NCBI GenBank assembly: GCA_963841435.1 | Contig: CAWJCS010000005.1 | Coordinates: forward strand, 64,001 to 128,000 | Direction: 5' to 3' | DNA length: 64,000 nucleotides | From: an uncultured delta proteobacterium | Lineage (GTDB): Bacteria > Myxococcota_A > Polyangia > Polyangiales > Polyangiaceae | Part shown: piece by piece, positions 40,006-49,812 of the stretch | Numbering within the stretch: the first letter of the stretch is position 1 | Layout of the letters: each line of letters starts with the position of its first letter | The notes under the pieces: model-generated | Database searches by the model: none | Seen by the model: only the letters and a program-made list of their open reading frames with translations | What the model was told of the DNA's origin: nothing | Program-made: the position numbers and the translations under genes

Positions 40006-41528
40006 CGGAGCACCGAAAAGTCGAGCGTGGCGAGCGCGCGGAAGCGCTGTCCGACGAGCCGGTTCATCGCGTGCTCCCACTCGAAGCCGAGGCGCCCCAC
40101 GTTGAAGAGGTCGAGCCCCGGCGAGAGCCCTGCACCGATGACGTAGGAGAAGCTCGTCGCGTGCCGGTCGGCTCGCAGCGCGTCTTGCCAGTCGTAGAGC
40201 GAGACGACGACGAGCGTGTCGTAGTACCCCGCGTCGAACGTGCGCGTCGTCGAGAGGTCCACCCCGTAGCGGTGTCCGCGCTCGCCGTGCTCGAGCATCC
40301 CGCGCGCCGCCGCCGTCCCGAAGCCGTAACGGTAGCGTCCGGAAAGCGCGGCGAACGGATCGGCCTCGCGCGTGCGACGCGTTTCGGTCGAGCCGCCCGG
40401 CGACGCCTCCGGGTCACCGAGCGTCTCGAAAAGTCGCACGCCGCCATCGGCCGAGACGTCGAGCCGCCGCGACAGCCCGAGATCGACCCGCGCGCTCGCC
40501 GTGGCGAGCGGTGAGTGCGAAAACCAGTTGAAGATCGAGTCGCCGTCGTAGGTCGGTACGACGCGCTCGGCGTCCAGCCCGAACGTGATGCGATCGGTCG
40601 CGTAATAATCCATCCCCACGGCGACGTCGCTCGTGAGCCCGGCGACGAGATCGTAGACCAAGCTCGCCGTGACCGCTCCGAGCTCCGGGCTCTCGAGGCG
40701 CGCCGAGGCGCCGGCCTTCTCGCTCGAAACGCGGCCGCCCGTCGTCGTGCGAATGGCGAGAAGCTCGTCGGCGAACGGCGAGACGGCAACGGTGTCACGG
40801 TTCTGGACGCGCCGGTAACCAGCGCGGAGGTGCAAGAAATCGAGGTCGATGCTCTCGATGGCGAAACCGAACGCGGGCGCGACGCGCGACTGTTCGAGGT
40901 AGCTCGTCCACTGATCGGCACGTAGATCGTCGCGTGAGCCGCGTGCGACGCCGTCAGCCTGATAGCGCGGCGTCGTCAGCATCGGGAGCCCCGAGCGCTC
41001 CTCGAGCCCACCGTACGCCTCGAGCCTCACGTATGCGGGCGTCGTCACCGACACGAGACCGCCGTCGAACGCCCAGAACCCCAGCGAGTCGGCAAGGAGC
41101 TGCCGTCCGACGCGAAATCCGACGACGCCACCGAGGTAGCCTTCGCCCTCGAGGTACGCATACATGAGGTCGAGCGGCGCCTGCTCGAGACCCGGGACGT
41201 AGCGGTCGGAGCTCGGGTCGCGCTCGGCGGGCTCCACGCCGAGATCGGCGTCGAGCCTGAGGCGTGAGCGGAAGGAGAGGCGCGGGCCGCCCGGCTTGCC
41301 CTCGCCCCCGAGATCGTAGAGCGCGAGGCCGAGCGTGTCGGTGTAGCGACGGCGCCGGATCACCGGCTCGCCGTAGGGGCTCTGGAAAGCGTAGTACTGC
41401 GCGTCGACGGACGCCGACACCTCGGACTCGTAGGCGAGCGCGCGCGGCTCGAGGACGACGGCGGCGACGAAGAGACCCGAGGCGAGCGCGTGCTTCGACG
41501 AGAAGCTCGACGCGCGCCCGTAGCCCAT
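40002..41528 (-). CDS. Putative outer-membrane beta-barrel protein
   Basis: Signal peptide (ALA-Y), many amphipathic aromatic strands, ends ALATLDFSVLR; ATGA-coupled to the multiheme cytochrome. Confidence 0.7.
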   Translation of the reverse strand: MGYGRASSFSSKHALASGLFVAAVVLEPRALAYESEVSASVDAQYYAFQSPYGEPVIRRRRYTDTLGLALYDLGGEGKPGGPRLSFRSRLRLDADLGVEPAERDPSSDRYVPGLEQAPLDLMYAYLEGEGYLGGVVGFRVGRQLLADSLGFWAFDGGLVSVTTPAYVRLEAYGGLEERSGLPMLTTPRYQADGVARGSRDDLRADQWTSYLEQSRVAPAFGFAIESIDLDFLHLRAGYRRVQNRDTVAVSPFADELLAIRTTTGGRVSSEKAGASARLESPELGAVTASLVYDLVAGLTSDVAVGMDYYATDRITFGLDAERVVPTYDGDSIFNWFSHSPLATASARVDLGLSRRLDVSADGGVRLFETLGDPEASPGGSTETRRTREADPFAALSGRYRYGFGTAAARGMLEHGERGHRYGVDLSTTRTFDAGYYDTLVVVSLYDWQDALRADRHATSFSYVIGAGLSPGLDLFNVGRLGFEWEHAMNRLVGQRFRALATLDFSVLR

Positions 41529-41562
41529 CGGCGCTCAGCATCGCCGCCGGTGCCGGGCCCCG

Positions 41563-42363
41563 TCAACGTCCGGGACGCTCGCCGGCAACGCCTGGACCCG
41601 GCCCAGGCGCGCCGCCCTCCTGTTCTCGGGGAAGCACGCGACACACGACGAGCGTCGCCGCCACGGCGCCGACGGGGAGGAGCACCACGCCGCAGCACGG
41701 CACCCAGAAAAGGATCGCGAAGGCGAGCCCGAACCCGAGCACGCCGAGAAACTGCTCGCGCAGGAGCGAAAGGCGCGCGCGGACACCGAAACCGCGGAGC
41801 GACAGCGGATAGTCGAAGAGGCCCCAGGCGAGCATCAGCGACGAGAGCAACACCTGGAGGGGCACCGTCACGACGCTCGCCGCGGGTACGAGGAGCGCCA
41901 CGAGCGCGAGGAGCGCGAGGAGCGGCAGACCCACGAGCGTCGCCACGAGCATGGCGCGAAGCCCCGACGTGAGCTCGGCGAAAAAACCGATGGGGGCGCG
42001 TGGCGGCGCGCCCACGGCACGCTCGGTGTGCTCGACGAGCTTCTCGAGCGCCTGCGAGCTCAAGGGAGGCGTCACGAAGAGCGCGAGGAACCAGCCGACG
42101 ACCGCCACGCCCGACACGACGACGACGCTCGCCACGATGCCGAGCGCGCGCGTGAAGAGGCCCCCCGGTGCGGGCAAGTGGGCGGAGAGCTCGGGCCCGA
42201 GCACGAAGAGCGCAAGCGCGACGAACCCGCTCTCGAGCACGAGCAAGACGACGGCGGGCACGAGCGCGGGACCCCAGAGCGAGGGTGCGCCGAGGATCAT
42301 CCCGAACGCGTCGAAAACGGCGCGGGCTCCCTCGAAGAACGAAATCCGCGGCCGGTCGCGCAC
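41563..42363 (-). CDS. EI24/CysZ-like membrane protein
   Basis: TPPLSSQALEKLVEHTE, FDYPL, WVPCCGVVLLPVGAVAAT, several TMs. Confidence 0.8.
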   Translation of the reverse strand: MRDRPRISFFEGARAVFDAFGMILGAPSLWGPALVPAVVLLVLESGFVALALFVLGPELSAHLPAPGGLFTRALGIVASVVVVSGVAVVGWFLALFVTPPLSSQALEKLVEHTERAVGAPPRAPIGFFAELTSGLRAMLVATLVGLPLLALLALVALLVPAASVVTVPLQVLLSSLMLAWGLFDYPLSLRGFGVRARLSLLREQFLGVLGFGLAFAILFWVPCCGVVLLPVGAVAATLVVCRVLPREQEGGAPGPGPGVAGERPGR

Positions 42364-42376
42364 GCCGGGCAGAAGC

Positions 42377-43780
42377 TTACCAGCCGAGCTTGCCCTTGAG
42401 CTCGGCCGTGACCACCGTCGCCATTTTCTCGTGGCGCGCGAGGCTGGGGTGCCAGTCGCAGCCGAAGCCGTCCGAGCCGTCCTGCGTCGGAATGTCGAAG
42501 GTCGAGATCTTCGGATCGGCGAGCGTCGTCACGACCTCCAGCATGTAGCCCTTGAGCTTCGCGAGATCGGGGTCCGTGAGCATGGGGCCGTTGGTGAGGA
42601 GAATGTAGGCGTCCGGGTACTTTTCCCGGAGGTGCTGGAGCAGCGCCGTGTAACCGGCCTCGAACATGGACGCGCTCGGATCGACGTCGGTGCTGAAATC
42701 GTTCGTTCCGAGATTGATCACGACGGCGTCCGGCACGAATCGCGAAAAATCCCAGACGCTGTCGCTCCTCGAGGGCAACACGCGATCGTAGTAGATGGGC
42801 AAGGGATCGTTGCAGCTGCTCGCGTCGTCACCGTAGTTGCAAACAGCACCCTTGCCCGACCAGGCAACCGTGCTGAGCTCGGCACCGAGGTTTCGCGCCG
42901 TGATGGCGGCGTAGGTGAGGTAGTGGTTCTCGGTGGCGGCCGAGAACGAGCAGTTCATGTCCGGGCCCTCGTCGCCGTAGCCGCAGGTGATCGAATCACC
43001 GATAAACTCGAGGCGGCGCGTGGGCACGCTCGGCGCGAGCAGGGTGCCACCGCCGAAGTCGAACCCCATGAACACCGACTCGCCCTGGCTCGCTTCGGTG
43101 CGGCGGTAGAGCTCCACGGTGTGCGTGCCCGCGTCGAGGCCCGTCGCCAGCGCGTTCATGCCACTCGTCGCGACGAGCTTTGGCTGCACCGCGCCGTCGA
43201 TGACCACGGTGTACTCCTGGCCGCCACCGAGCGCCGCGCCGACGGACGTGCCGTCGAACCGAGCGACCGCGCCCGTGCCGGACCACGCGAAGCGGACGTT
43301 CGCCGGGTCGCTGTCGTCGACGCGGCCGACGAAGTGCACGGCCGGGTCACCCGTGGGGGCGCCTCCGCCGCCCGAGGAGCCGCCCGTCGCCGAGCCGCCC
43401 GTCGCCGAGCCGCCCGTCGCCGCGCCGCCTGCCGAGCCGCCCGTCGCCGAGCCGCCCGCGCCGCCCGCCGTGCCGCCCATGCCCGCGCTGCCGCCGGAGG
43501 CTCCCGAGCCCGCCGTGCCTCCCGAAGCCCCGGAGCCGGACGAGCCGCCCGTCGCCGAGCCGCCCGTCGCCGAGCCGCCCATGCCCCCGGTTCCCGCGCC
43601 TTCACCGCTCGAGCCGCCCGCGGCGGAGGTGCCGCCCGAGCCCGTCCCTCCGGTGACCCCCTGCCCGGCTCCGGCATTTTGCGCGGCGTCGCCGCCCGAG
43701 CGCTTCTCGGAGCACGAAAGCAGCGAGGCCCCGGCCACGACCAAAGCAAGCAGAGAACCGCGCGCGCTGAAGGGTTGCAC
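42377..43780 (-). CDS. SGNH acetyl esterase (CE2-like) lipoprotein
   Basis: Lipobox LLSC, Gly-rich linker, FVGR, RRTE, FIGDSITCGYG, NLGTND, DWHP. Confidence 0.9.
   Translation of the reverse strand: MQPFSARGSLLALVVAGASLLSCSEKRSGGDAAQNAGAGQGVTGGTGSGGTSAAGGSSGEGAGTGGMGGSATGGSATGGSSGSGASGGTAGSGASGGSAGMGGTAGGAGGSATGGSAGGAATGGSATGGSATGGSSGGGGAPTGDPAVHFVGRVDDSDPANVRFAWSGTGAVARFDGTSVGAALGGGQEYTVVIDGAVQPKLVATSGMNALATGLDAGTHTVELYRRTEASQGESVFMGFDFGGGTLLAPSVPTRRLEFIGDSITCGYGDEGPDMNCSFSAATENHYLTYAAITARNLGAELSTVAWSGKGAVCNYGDDASSCNDPLPIYYDRVLPSRSDSVWDFSRFVPDAVVINLGTNDFSTDVDPSASMFEAGYTALLQHLREKYPDAYILLTNGPMLTDPDLAKLKGYMLEVVTTLADPKISTFDIPTQDGSDGFGCDWHPSLARHEKMATVVTAELKGKLGW
43377..43580. repeat. Coding 15-bp repeat GAGCCGCCCGTCGCC (GGSAT linker)
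   Basis: Six exact copies at 43377, 43392, 43407, 43434, 43542 and 43557. Confidence 0.9.
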
Positions 43781-43876
43781 GAGCAGACAGCGTAGCCCAC
43801 GACGCCATCGTCGCCAGTTCTCATCCGTCGCGGCCGAGCGCACATTTTGCGAACGTCCCGAGCCCCACGTGGGGGC

Positions 43877-44743
43877 TCAGTGCTCGTCGGCGCTCTCGAT
43901 CGCGCGAAGCTCCGCTTCGGTGAGCGGCAAGAGATCGTACGCCGCGAGATCGGCGCGCGCGTGCTCGGCGCTCGACGTGCCCGTGAGCGGCAGCATGCCA
44001 ATTTCGAGCGCGAAGCGGAACAAGACCTGGGCCCCCGTCGCACCGAGACGCTGCGCGCACGCCCGCACGCTTGGGTGCGCGAGCACGCGGGCATTCGCCG
44101 TGAGCAGCGAGAAACCCTGATAACGGATGCCGCTCTTGCGGCAAAAGTCGCGCACGTCGCGATCCCAGCCCGAATTGGCGTAGCAGCGGTTCTGGACGAA
44201 GCTCGGGCGTAAGACCTCGGTGCGAACGAGCTCTTCGAGCTGATCGAGGCCGAAGTTGCTCACGCCGACGAGCCGCACACCGCCGGCTGACTTGAGCTCG
44301 CCCATCGCGTGCCACGCCTCGTGATCGCGCGATGCGAGCCCGCGCCGCAACATCGGTCCATGGAGGACGAGCGAGTCGAGATAGTCGGTACCGAGGTGCT
44401 CGAGCGAGCTCTGAAACGACTGGTGCACCTGCGTGCGAGCGTCGGCAGCGGCATCGTACGGCAGGCGATGATCCTGCCCACCCTGATGCGTGAACTTGCT
44501 CTGCAAGAAGAGCTGGCTCCGCGCGACACCGCGCGCGATCGCTCCTCGCACGGCCGCACCGACGCCGGCCTCGAAGTAGTGACGCCGCTGATTGGCGGTA
44601 TCGATGGCACGAAAGCCGAGCTCGAGCGCCTGCGTCGTGAGCCGCTCGGTGTCGTCCTCCTTCCACGCCGTGCCGTAAAAGAACGTGGGAACCGGCACGC
44701 CCTCGACGATGACCTCGCGCTCGACTCGCTTCGTCTTCGCCAT
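43877..44743 (-). CDS. Aldo/keto reductase
   Basis: YGTAW, GFRAIDTA, LFLQSKF, DYLDSLVLHGP, GVSNF, QNR. Confidence 0.92.
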   Translation of the reverse strand: MAKTKRVEREVIVEGVPVPTFFYGTAWKEDDTERLTTQALELGFRAIDTANQRRHYFEAGVGAAVRGAIARGVARSQLFLQSKFTHQGGQDHRLPYDAAADARTQVHQSFQSSLEHLGTDYLDSLVLHGPMLRRGLASRDHEAWHAMGELKSAGGVRLVGVSNFGLDQLEELVRTEVLRPSFVQNRCYANSGWDRDVRDFCRKSGIRYQGFSLLTANARVLAHPSVRACAQRLGATGAQVLFRFALEIGMLPLTGTSSAEHARADLAAYDLLPLTEAELRAIESADEH

Positions 44744-44841
44744 GTCGCTCGAGGCGACGATAGGCCCGACGGAGGCTTCGGGCTACTCGGCCCAGGGCAA
44801 CCGCCCAACGGAGGCGAGGCCATGCGCGAGCGGCGCCCGCT

Positions 44842-46065
44842 CTAACCGTCGGCTTCGACGAGCGCCTTCTGCACGCGGCGGCGGTACGTGCCGGGGGGCA
44901 CGCCCATCTCACGCTGGAACGCGACACTCAAGAGCGCGGCGTTCGTGAAGCCGCTGCGCTTGGCGATTTCCCGCAGGCTCGCCTGACTCGACTCGAGAAG
45001 GCGCCGCGCCACCTCCACGTGGGCGCGGCGGACCTCTTCCTGGACGGTGCGGTCGAGCAAGGCGCGAAACCGCCGCTCGAGCCGCTGGCGCCCACCACCC
45101 ACCGCGCGCGCCACCATGGGAACCGTGAGGCGACGCTCGGAGTTCGCGCGAATCCAGCGCACGGCCTCGGCGACGAGTGGGTCCTCGATCGCGAAAAGCT
45201 CGGACGAGCGCCGGGGCACGACCGTGACCGGTGAAACGACGATGCGCTCGCCCGCGATCGACTTGCCGGCAAGGGCAAGGCCAACGAGCGACGCCGCGGC
45301 AGCCCCCGCCTCGCGGAACGGGATCATGACGCTCGAGAGCTGGGGCGACATCAGCTCGCATTCGAGAACGTCGTTGTCCGCGCCGACGAGCGCGATGTCC
45401 TCGGGAATGCGCACGCCGGCGGCGCGCGCGTAGCGCATCACGGCATTCGCCCAGGCGTCGGCACAGGTGAAGACGCCGCAGGGCTTGGGCAGCGCGCGCA
45501 ACCACGCGATGATATCCTCGGGGTCCTCGAGCCGACTCGGCCTTCCCCGCTCGTTGCTCCCCCAGCCCGGCGTCGCCCGAGCTCCCCCGGCGCACGCCCG
45601 CGCGATGAAGCTCCGCTCGCGCTCCACGGCGAACGGCGACTCGTCGAAGCGAAATGTGGTGACCTCTTTGAGCCCGGTCGCGAGCAGATGCTCGGCGGCG
45701 AGGACGGCGACACGCGCGTCGTCGATGCAAGCGGACGCGATGCCGTCCTGGCTGCGATCCACTGGCACCGACACGAGCGCGGCGGGAGCGAGCTCGACCA
45801 ATGACTCGGCGGAAATCTCGGGCCCGACCACCGCGGCGTCCGGAGCCCATTCGCGCGCGAGCCAGCCGAGATCAACGGGGGGATGGTAGTGTAGGAGCGT
45901 CCAGCCGCGCTCGTGTGCGACCGCCATGAAGCCGCGCAAGATGCCGCGCGACCAGGCCGCGTCGGTGCGGAGCAGCACGAGCACGCGTGGACCGGAGGCG
46001 GACGCAAGATGCCGCGCGGAGTCGTTGACTGGAACGCCGGGCTTGGTGGGAGGGATCACCGACAT
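44842..46065 (-). CDS. XylR-like regulator (LacI-type ligand domain + AraC HTH)
   Basis: LPKPCGVF, IPEDIALVGADND, LSSV, RRSS, C-terminal AraC IAKRSGF...FQREMGVPPGTYR. Confidence 0.9.
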   Translation of the reverse strand: MSVIPPTKPGVPVNDSARHLASASGPRVLVLLRTDAAWSRGILRGFMAVAHERGWTLLHYHPPVDLGWLAREWAPDAAVVGPEISAESLVELAPAALVSVPVDRSQDGIASACIDDARVAVLAAEHLLATGLKEVTTFRFDESPFAVERERSFIARACAGGARATPGWGSNERGRPSRLEDPEDIIAWLRALPKPCGVFTCADAWANAVMRYARAAGVRIPEDIALVGADNDVLECELMSPQLSSVMIPFREAGAAAASLVGLALAGKSIAGERIVVSPVTVVPRRSSELFAIEDPLVAEAVRWIRANSERRLTVPMVARAVGGGRQRLERRFRALLDRTVQEEVRRAHVEVARRLLESSQASLREIAKRSGFTNAALLSVAFQREMGVPPGTYRRRVQKALVEADG

Positions 46066-46348
46066 CTGCGCTGCTCAACGCGGCGAGGGACACTGCGCTC
46101 TCGCGGGCGCGAGAGCCGCGAAGGCAGCCGACGCGGGGCGACCCGCCACCCGACGACCGCACCAGCTCGTGGCGTGGGCAGCGCAGCGAGCGGGCTCCAT
46201 CATCGGCTTTCTCTAGGATTCCCGGCACGTTGCTCTTTGATCCCGCACGTGCGCCCGGGCGCGCTCGGCGGCGGCGCGTCCCGCGCGTCCGAGCTCCCGC
46301 GCCTGCTTCGCTCATGGCCTCCAGGCGTTCCGCTGGAGCTTCAGGCGT

Positions 46349-47635
46349 TCAGTAAGACGAGAAGAGCTCGAACAGGTACTTGGCCGCGAAGTGGGGCCAG
46401 CCGTGGTTCGTGTTGGTGTACTCGGGGTCGGTGTGCTGGCACCAGACGACGGGGAAGCCCGCGTCACAGCCCTGGTACTCGATGCAGTTCGACATCGCGT
46501 CGGTGTAGCCGGAGACGGGCGTGCTCATGCTGCTGCAGTGGTTCAAGGCCACGTAGAAGTCTCGCGTGAGCGGACCGTTCTCGGGGCCGACCACCATGTC
46601 GTTCTTGCCGTGGATGACGACGGCGGTGACCTGGCCCGTGCACTTTCGCTTCGTGGCGTCCAACGGATAGTTGCCCACCGGTTTCGTGGCGCACGGCGCG
46701 GCACCGCGAAGCTTGTCGGCGTGCTCGCAACCGAGGATGCTCGAAAAGTCTCCGCCGGAGCTCTCGCCCGCGACGAACACGCGCGCCTTGTCGACGCAGA
46801 AGCTAGCGGTGATGGTGTCGTAGAGGGGTTGGAAGAACGAAACGTCCCCGGAGCCCCAGCCCGCGCTCGAGTTGGCGGGATGCGGGTAGACGCGGATCCA
46901 CGCATCCTTCGCGCCGATCTGCTCGAACCCGGCATTTTGCTCGGCCCAGCTGATGGGATTGCCGGTCGGATTGAACATGACGAGAACCGGATATGACTTG
47001 GTCGCGTCGTAGCTCGTCGGCAGCTTCACGTAGTACTGATGGCCGGAAACCATGAGGGGGCTTCCCGAGCTGCCAAGCTGAGGATTGGCCTTTCCGCACC
47101 CCGTGCTCGGGTCCGCCGGTGGCTTGCCCGACGTTCCTCCGCCGCCACTCATGCCGCCGCTGCCGGCGCCACTCGCACCGCCAGCTCCGGCGCCACCCGC
47201 GCCCGCTCCCCCGACGCCACCCGTGCCTCCACCTCCCGAACCGCCGACACCGCCCGCGCCCGCACCGCCCGCACCGGCCCCGCCGCTCGAGCCAGCTTGA
47301 CCGCCTCCCGCCGTGCTACCCGCTTGACCGGCGGTCCCCCCCGCTGCCGACGCGCCCGAGCTCCCGCCGACCGCCGCGGAGCCCGCGGTTCCCGAGCCAC
47401 CGCCTACGCCGGCCCCCGCGAACGTTCCGGACGCACCCGCGCTGCCGGCGGCGAGACCGCTACCGCCGGTTCCGCCGCCTACGCCCGCCGACGAGCCCCC
47501 GACTCCGGGCGGGTCCGTCTCGAGCCCGCCCGAGCTGCAGCTCGCAAGGAGCCAAGCGCTACAAAGTGCAAGGGCAGCGGCCGCTGTTCGCTCGCGACCT
47601 AGCTTCGTCCCGCGTGAGACTCCAAGGCTTCGCAT
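46349..47635 (-). CDS. Alpha/beta-hydrolase esterase lipoprotein (feruloyl/CE1- or PHB-depolymerase-like)
   Basis: Lipobox LASC, Gly-rich linker, STGCGK, CVDKARVFVAGESSGG, IHGKND, HGWP. Confidence 0.85.
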   Translation of the reverse strand: MRSLGVSRGTKLGRERTAAAALALCSAWLLASCSSGGLETDPPGVGGSSAGVGGGTGGSGLAAGSAGASGTFAGAGVGGGSGTAGSAAVGGSSGASAAGGTAGQAGSTAGGGQAGSSGGAGAGGAGAGGVGGSGGGGTGGVGGAGAGGAGAGGASGAGSGGMSGGGGTSGKPPADPSTGCGKANPQLGSSGSPLMVSGHQYYVKLPTSYDATKSYPVLVMFNPTGNPISWAEQNAGFEQIGAKDAWIRVYPHPANSSAGWGSGDVSFFQPLYDTITASFCVDKARVFVAGESSGGDFSSILGCEHADKLRGAAPCATKPVGNYPLDATKRKCTGQVTAVVIHGKNDMVVGPENGPLTRDFYVALNHCSSMSTPVSGYTDAMSNCIEYQGCDAGFPVVWCQHTDPEYTNTNHGWPHFAAKYLFELFSSY

Positions 47636-47950
47636 GTTCGCGGCGGATCAATTCCCGCGAGCCAAGACTTCGATCGGCATCCGGAGCTTCGAGGCTGAAT
47701 GATCCCGAGGCCGGCGAACGCCAAGAGAATCCTACAGCGCGGCCAAAATGGAGCTTCGAAATCCGCGCGCCAAGAGTCCCGATTTGGGTCGGCCTGCAAT
47801 GTCAGGACATGACCAGGTCGCTCGGTGAATTGGCGCTCCGGACAGAAAGATTCGGAAATCCTCGAAACACCCCGAGGCGACGATGTAGGTGAGTGAGGTA
47901 CGCGCCCATTCTGCCTGTTGCTTTGGCCCGACGCGTGTCATGAAAAAGTA

Positions 47951-48538
47951 ATGTCGATGCCCGCGCCGCGCTCGCTTGGGAACAAGGCGGCGGAGCGCAT
48001 CAGCGAGGCCGGTCCGCGCACCAGGCCGCTCGACATCGAAGATCTGTTTCGACTCCACTCACCCGCCATCGCGTCCGTCGGCCTCGCCATGCTCCAGAGT
48101 GCCGAGGAGGCGGACGATCTGGTCCAGGACGTCTTCGTGCGTGCCTGGCTCGCCATCGATCGACTGGAAGATCGCGAACAGGCGAGACCCTGGCTGATGA
48201 CGATCGCCATCCGGCTCGCGCGGACGCGGCTCAGGCGGCGCAAGCTCACGCGACTGCTTTTTCGCAGCGACGAACCCGACTTCGAGCACATTGCGGCACC
48301 GGGCTCCCTTCCCGAGCATCGAGACCTCGTCAAACGCCTCTACCTGATCCTCGATACGATCCCCGTCGACCTTCGCATCGCCTGGGTGCTGCGCCACGTT
48401 CAGGAAGAGACGGTCCAGAGCGTCGCCGCGCTGTGTGGGTGGTCGCTGTCCACCGCGAAGCGTCGCCTTCAAGCCGCGGAGACGCGCGTGTCCGTCAAGC
48501 TGAGCTTGGCGACCCAGGAACGGAGGCCACTCCCGTGA
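47951..48538 (+). CDS. ECF sigma factor (close paralog of 61010-61612)
   Basis: EADDLVQDVFVRAW, WLMTIA, LCGWSLSTAKRRL. Confidence 0.92.
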   Translation: MSMPAPRSLGNKAAERISEAGPRTRPLDIEDLFRLHSPAIASVGLAMLQSAEEADDLVQDVFVRAWLAIDRLEDREQARPWLMTIAIRLARTRLRRRKLTRLLFRSDEPDFEHIAAPGSLPEHRDLVKRLYLILDTIPVDLRIAWVLRHVQEETVQSVAALCGWSLSTAKRRLQAAETRVSVKLSLATQERRPLP

Positions 48539-49705
48539 CCGAGCTCCCTGTCGAGAAGCACGTCCAGGCAGCGCAACGCGAAATCCGCGTACGGGCCTGG
48601 GACGATGCGCGCGTGAGCTCGGCGTGGCAAGAGCTCGCGGGACGGCGCGCGGACGCGGTCCGGACCCGGCAGCGTGCGACCCAGCTCGGCGCCTCGCTCG
48701 CGCTCGCGGCGGCCATCGCGTTCGCGTTCTTCGGATGGCGCGCGATCCGCCCCCACGCCGCACCCCCCGGCACCGAAACGGCCTCGAACGCGCCCGGCGA
48801 ACGCCGCATCGAGCTCGGTGATGCGACCGACGTGGCATTCGACCCCGGCGCCAACGTCGACGTGCGAGAGCGCACCGGCACGCGAATCGTCGTGGCGGTG
48901 GGCTCCGGGGCGGCGCGTTTTCGCGTGCGGCACGATCCCCGTCGCGTGTTCCGCGTCGAAGCGAGCGGCGTCGAGATTGAAGATTCTCGGCACGACGTTC
49001 GAGGTCGAAAACCTCGGGTCGTCCGTCCGTGTCGCGGTGAGGGAGGGCTCGGTGTCCGTGAGCTTCCGCGAGTCCGAGGGCAGCGTGCGGACCACGAAGG
49101 TGCTCGAAGCCGGCGAGCGTGGCGTCTACCCAGCCAAGGTCGTCCCTGCTCCCGCCGCCGCGGTCGAGCAACCGGCTTCAGTCGAAAGCCCGGAGCCGGC
49201 CCGAACGGCCAACGCAACGCGTCCCGGCGTCGAGGCCGCACCGACGGCGGACTGGCGTGAGCTCAAGCGCGCGGGAAAGCACGCACGAGCCTACGAGCTC
49301 CTGCAGCCCCGTGGTTTCCGCGACGTGCGCGACGAACCGGGAGATTTGTTGCTCGCGTCCGACGTCGCGCGTCTTTCGCATCACCCGGCAGAGGCAGCCA
49401 TGCTGCTGCGCAAGCTCGTGGCGGGGCACTCGCGGGATCCGCGCGCGCCGTCGGCCGCCTTCACGCTCGGCTGGGTGCTCTTCAAGGACCTCGGCCGTCC
49501 GCGCGAAGCCGCCGCTGCTTTCTCGCGCGCCGAAGCACTCGCACCCAGCGGCAATCTGGCTGAGGACGCGCTCGCTCGCGCCATCGAGGCCTTTTACCGG
49601 GCCGGAGACAAGTCGCGCGCCCGGGCGGAGCTCGAGCGTTACGAGCGGACCCACCCGCACGGAAGACACCAGGCATCGCTCGAGCGGCTCGTGGGCACTC
49701 CCTGA
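48535..49705 (+). CDS. FecR-TPR anti-sigma (one +1 frameshift at ~48984)
   Basis: GTGA coupling, TM, FRVRHDP; removing one T restores EDLGTTFEV (paralog DDLGTVFDV) and a 389-aa product, the same length as the paralog. Confidence 0.87.
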
Positions 49706-49812
49706 GAGCACCGCCCCCAGGGGGGCGCTCTGGACGCGGACTTTTCGCGACAAATGCCGTAAACCTACCGAGGGTGCCGGAAGGCCGAGTCGAGGTGCCC
49801 ACCACGAAGATC

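Noticed and set aside
38527-41528. Naming the pair mtrA/mtrB
   Set aside because: Heme count and spacing and the barrel length differ from MtrA/MtrB; homology cannot be shown without a search.
43377-43580. Repeats as a possible CRISPR array or mobile repeat
   Set aside because: In-frame 15-bp units encoding a Gly-rich linker, with no unique spacers and no cas genes.
49738-49766. GGACTT...CGTAAA as a fifth ECF promoter before the LamG gene
   Set aside because: Spacing is about 2 nt shorter than at the four consistent sites and the boxes diverge.
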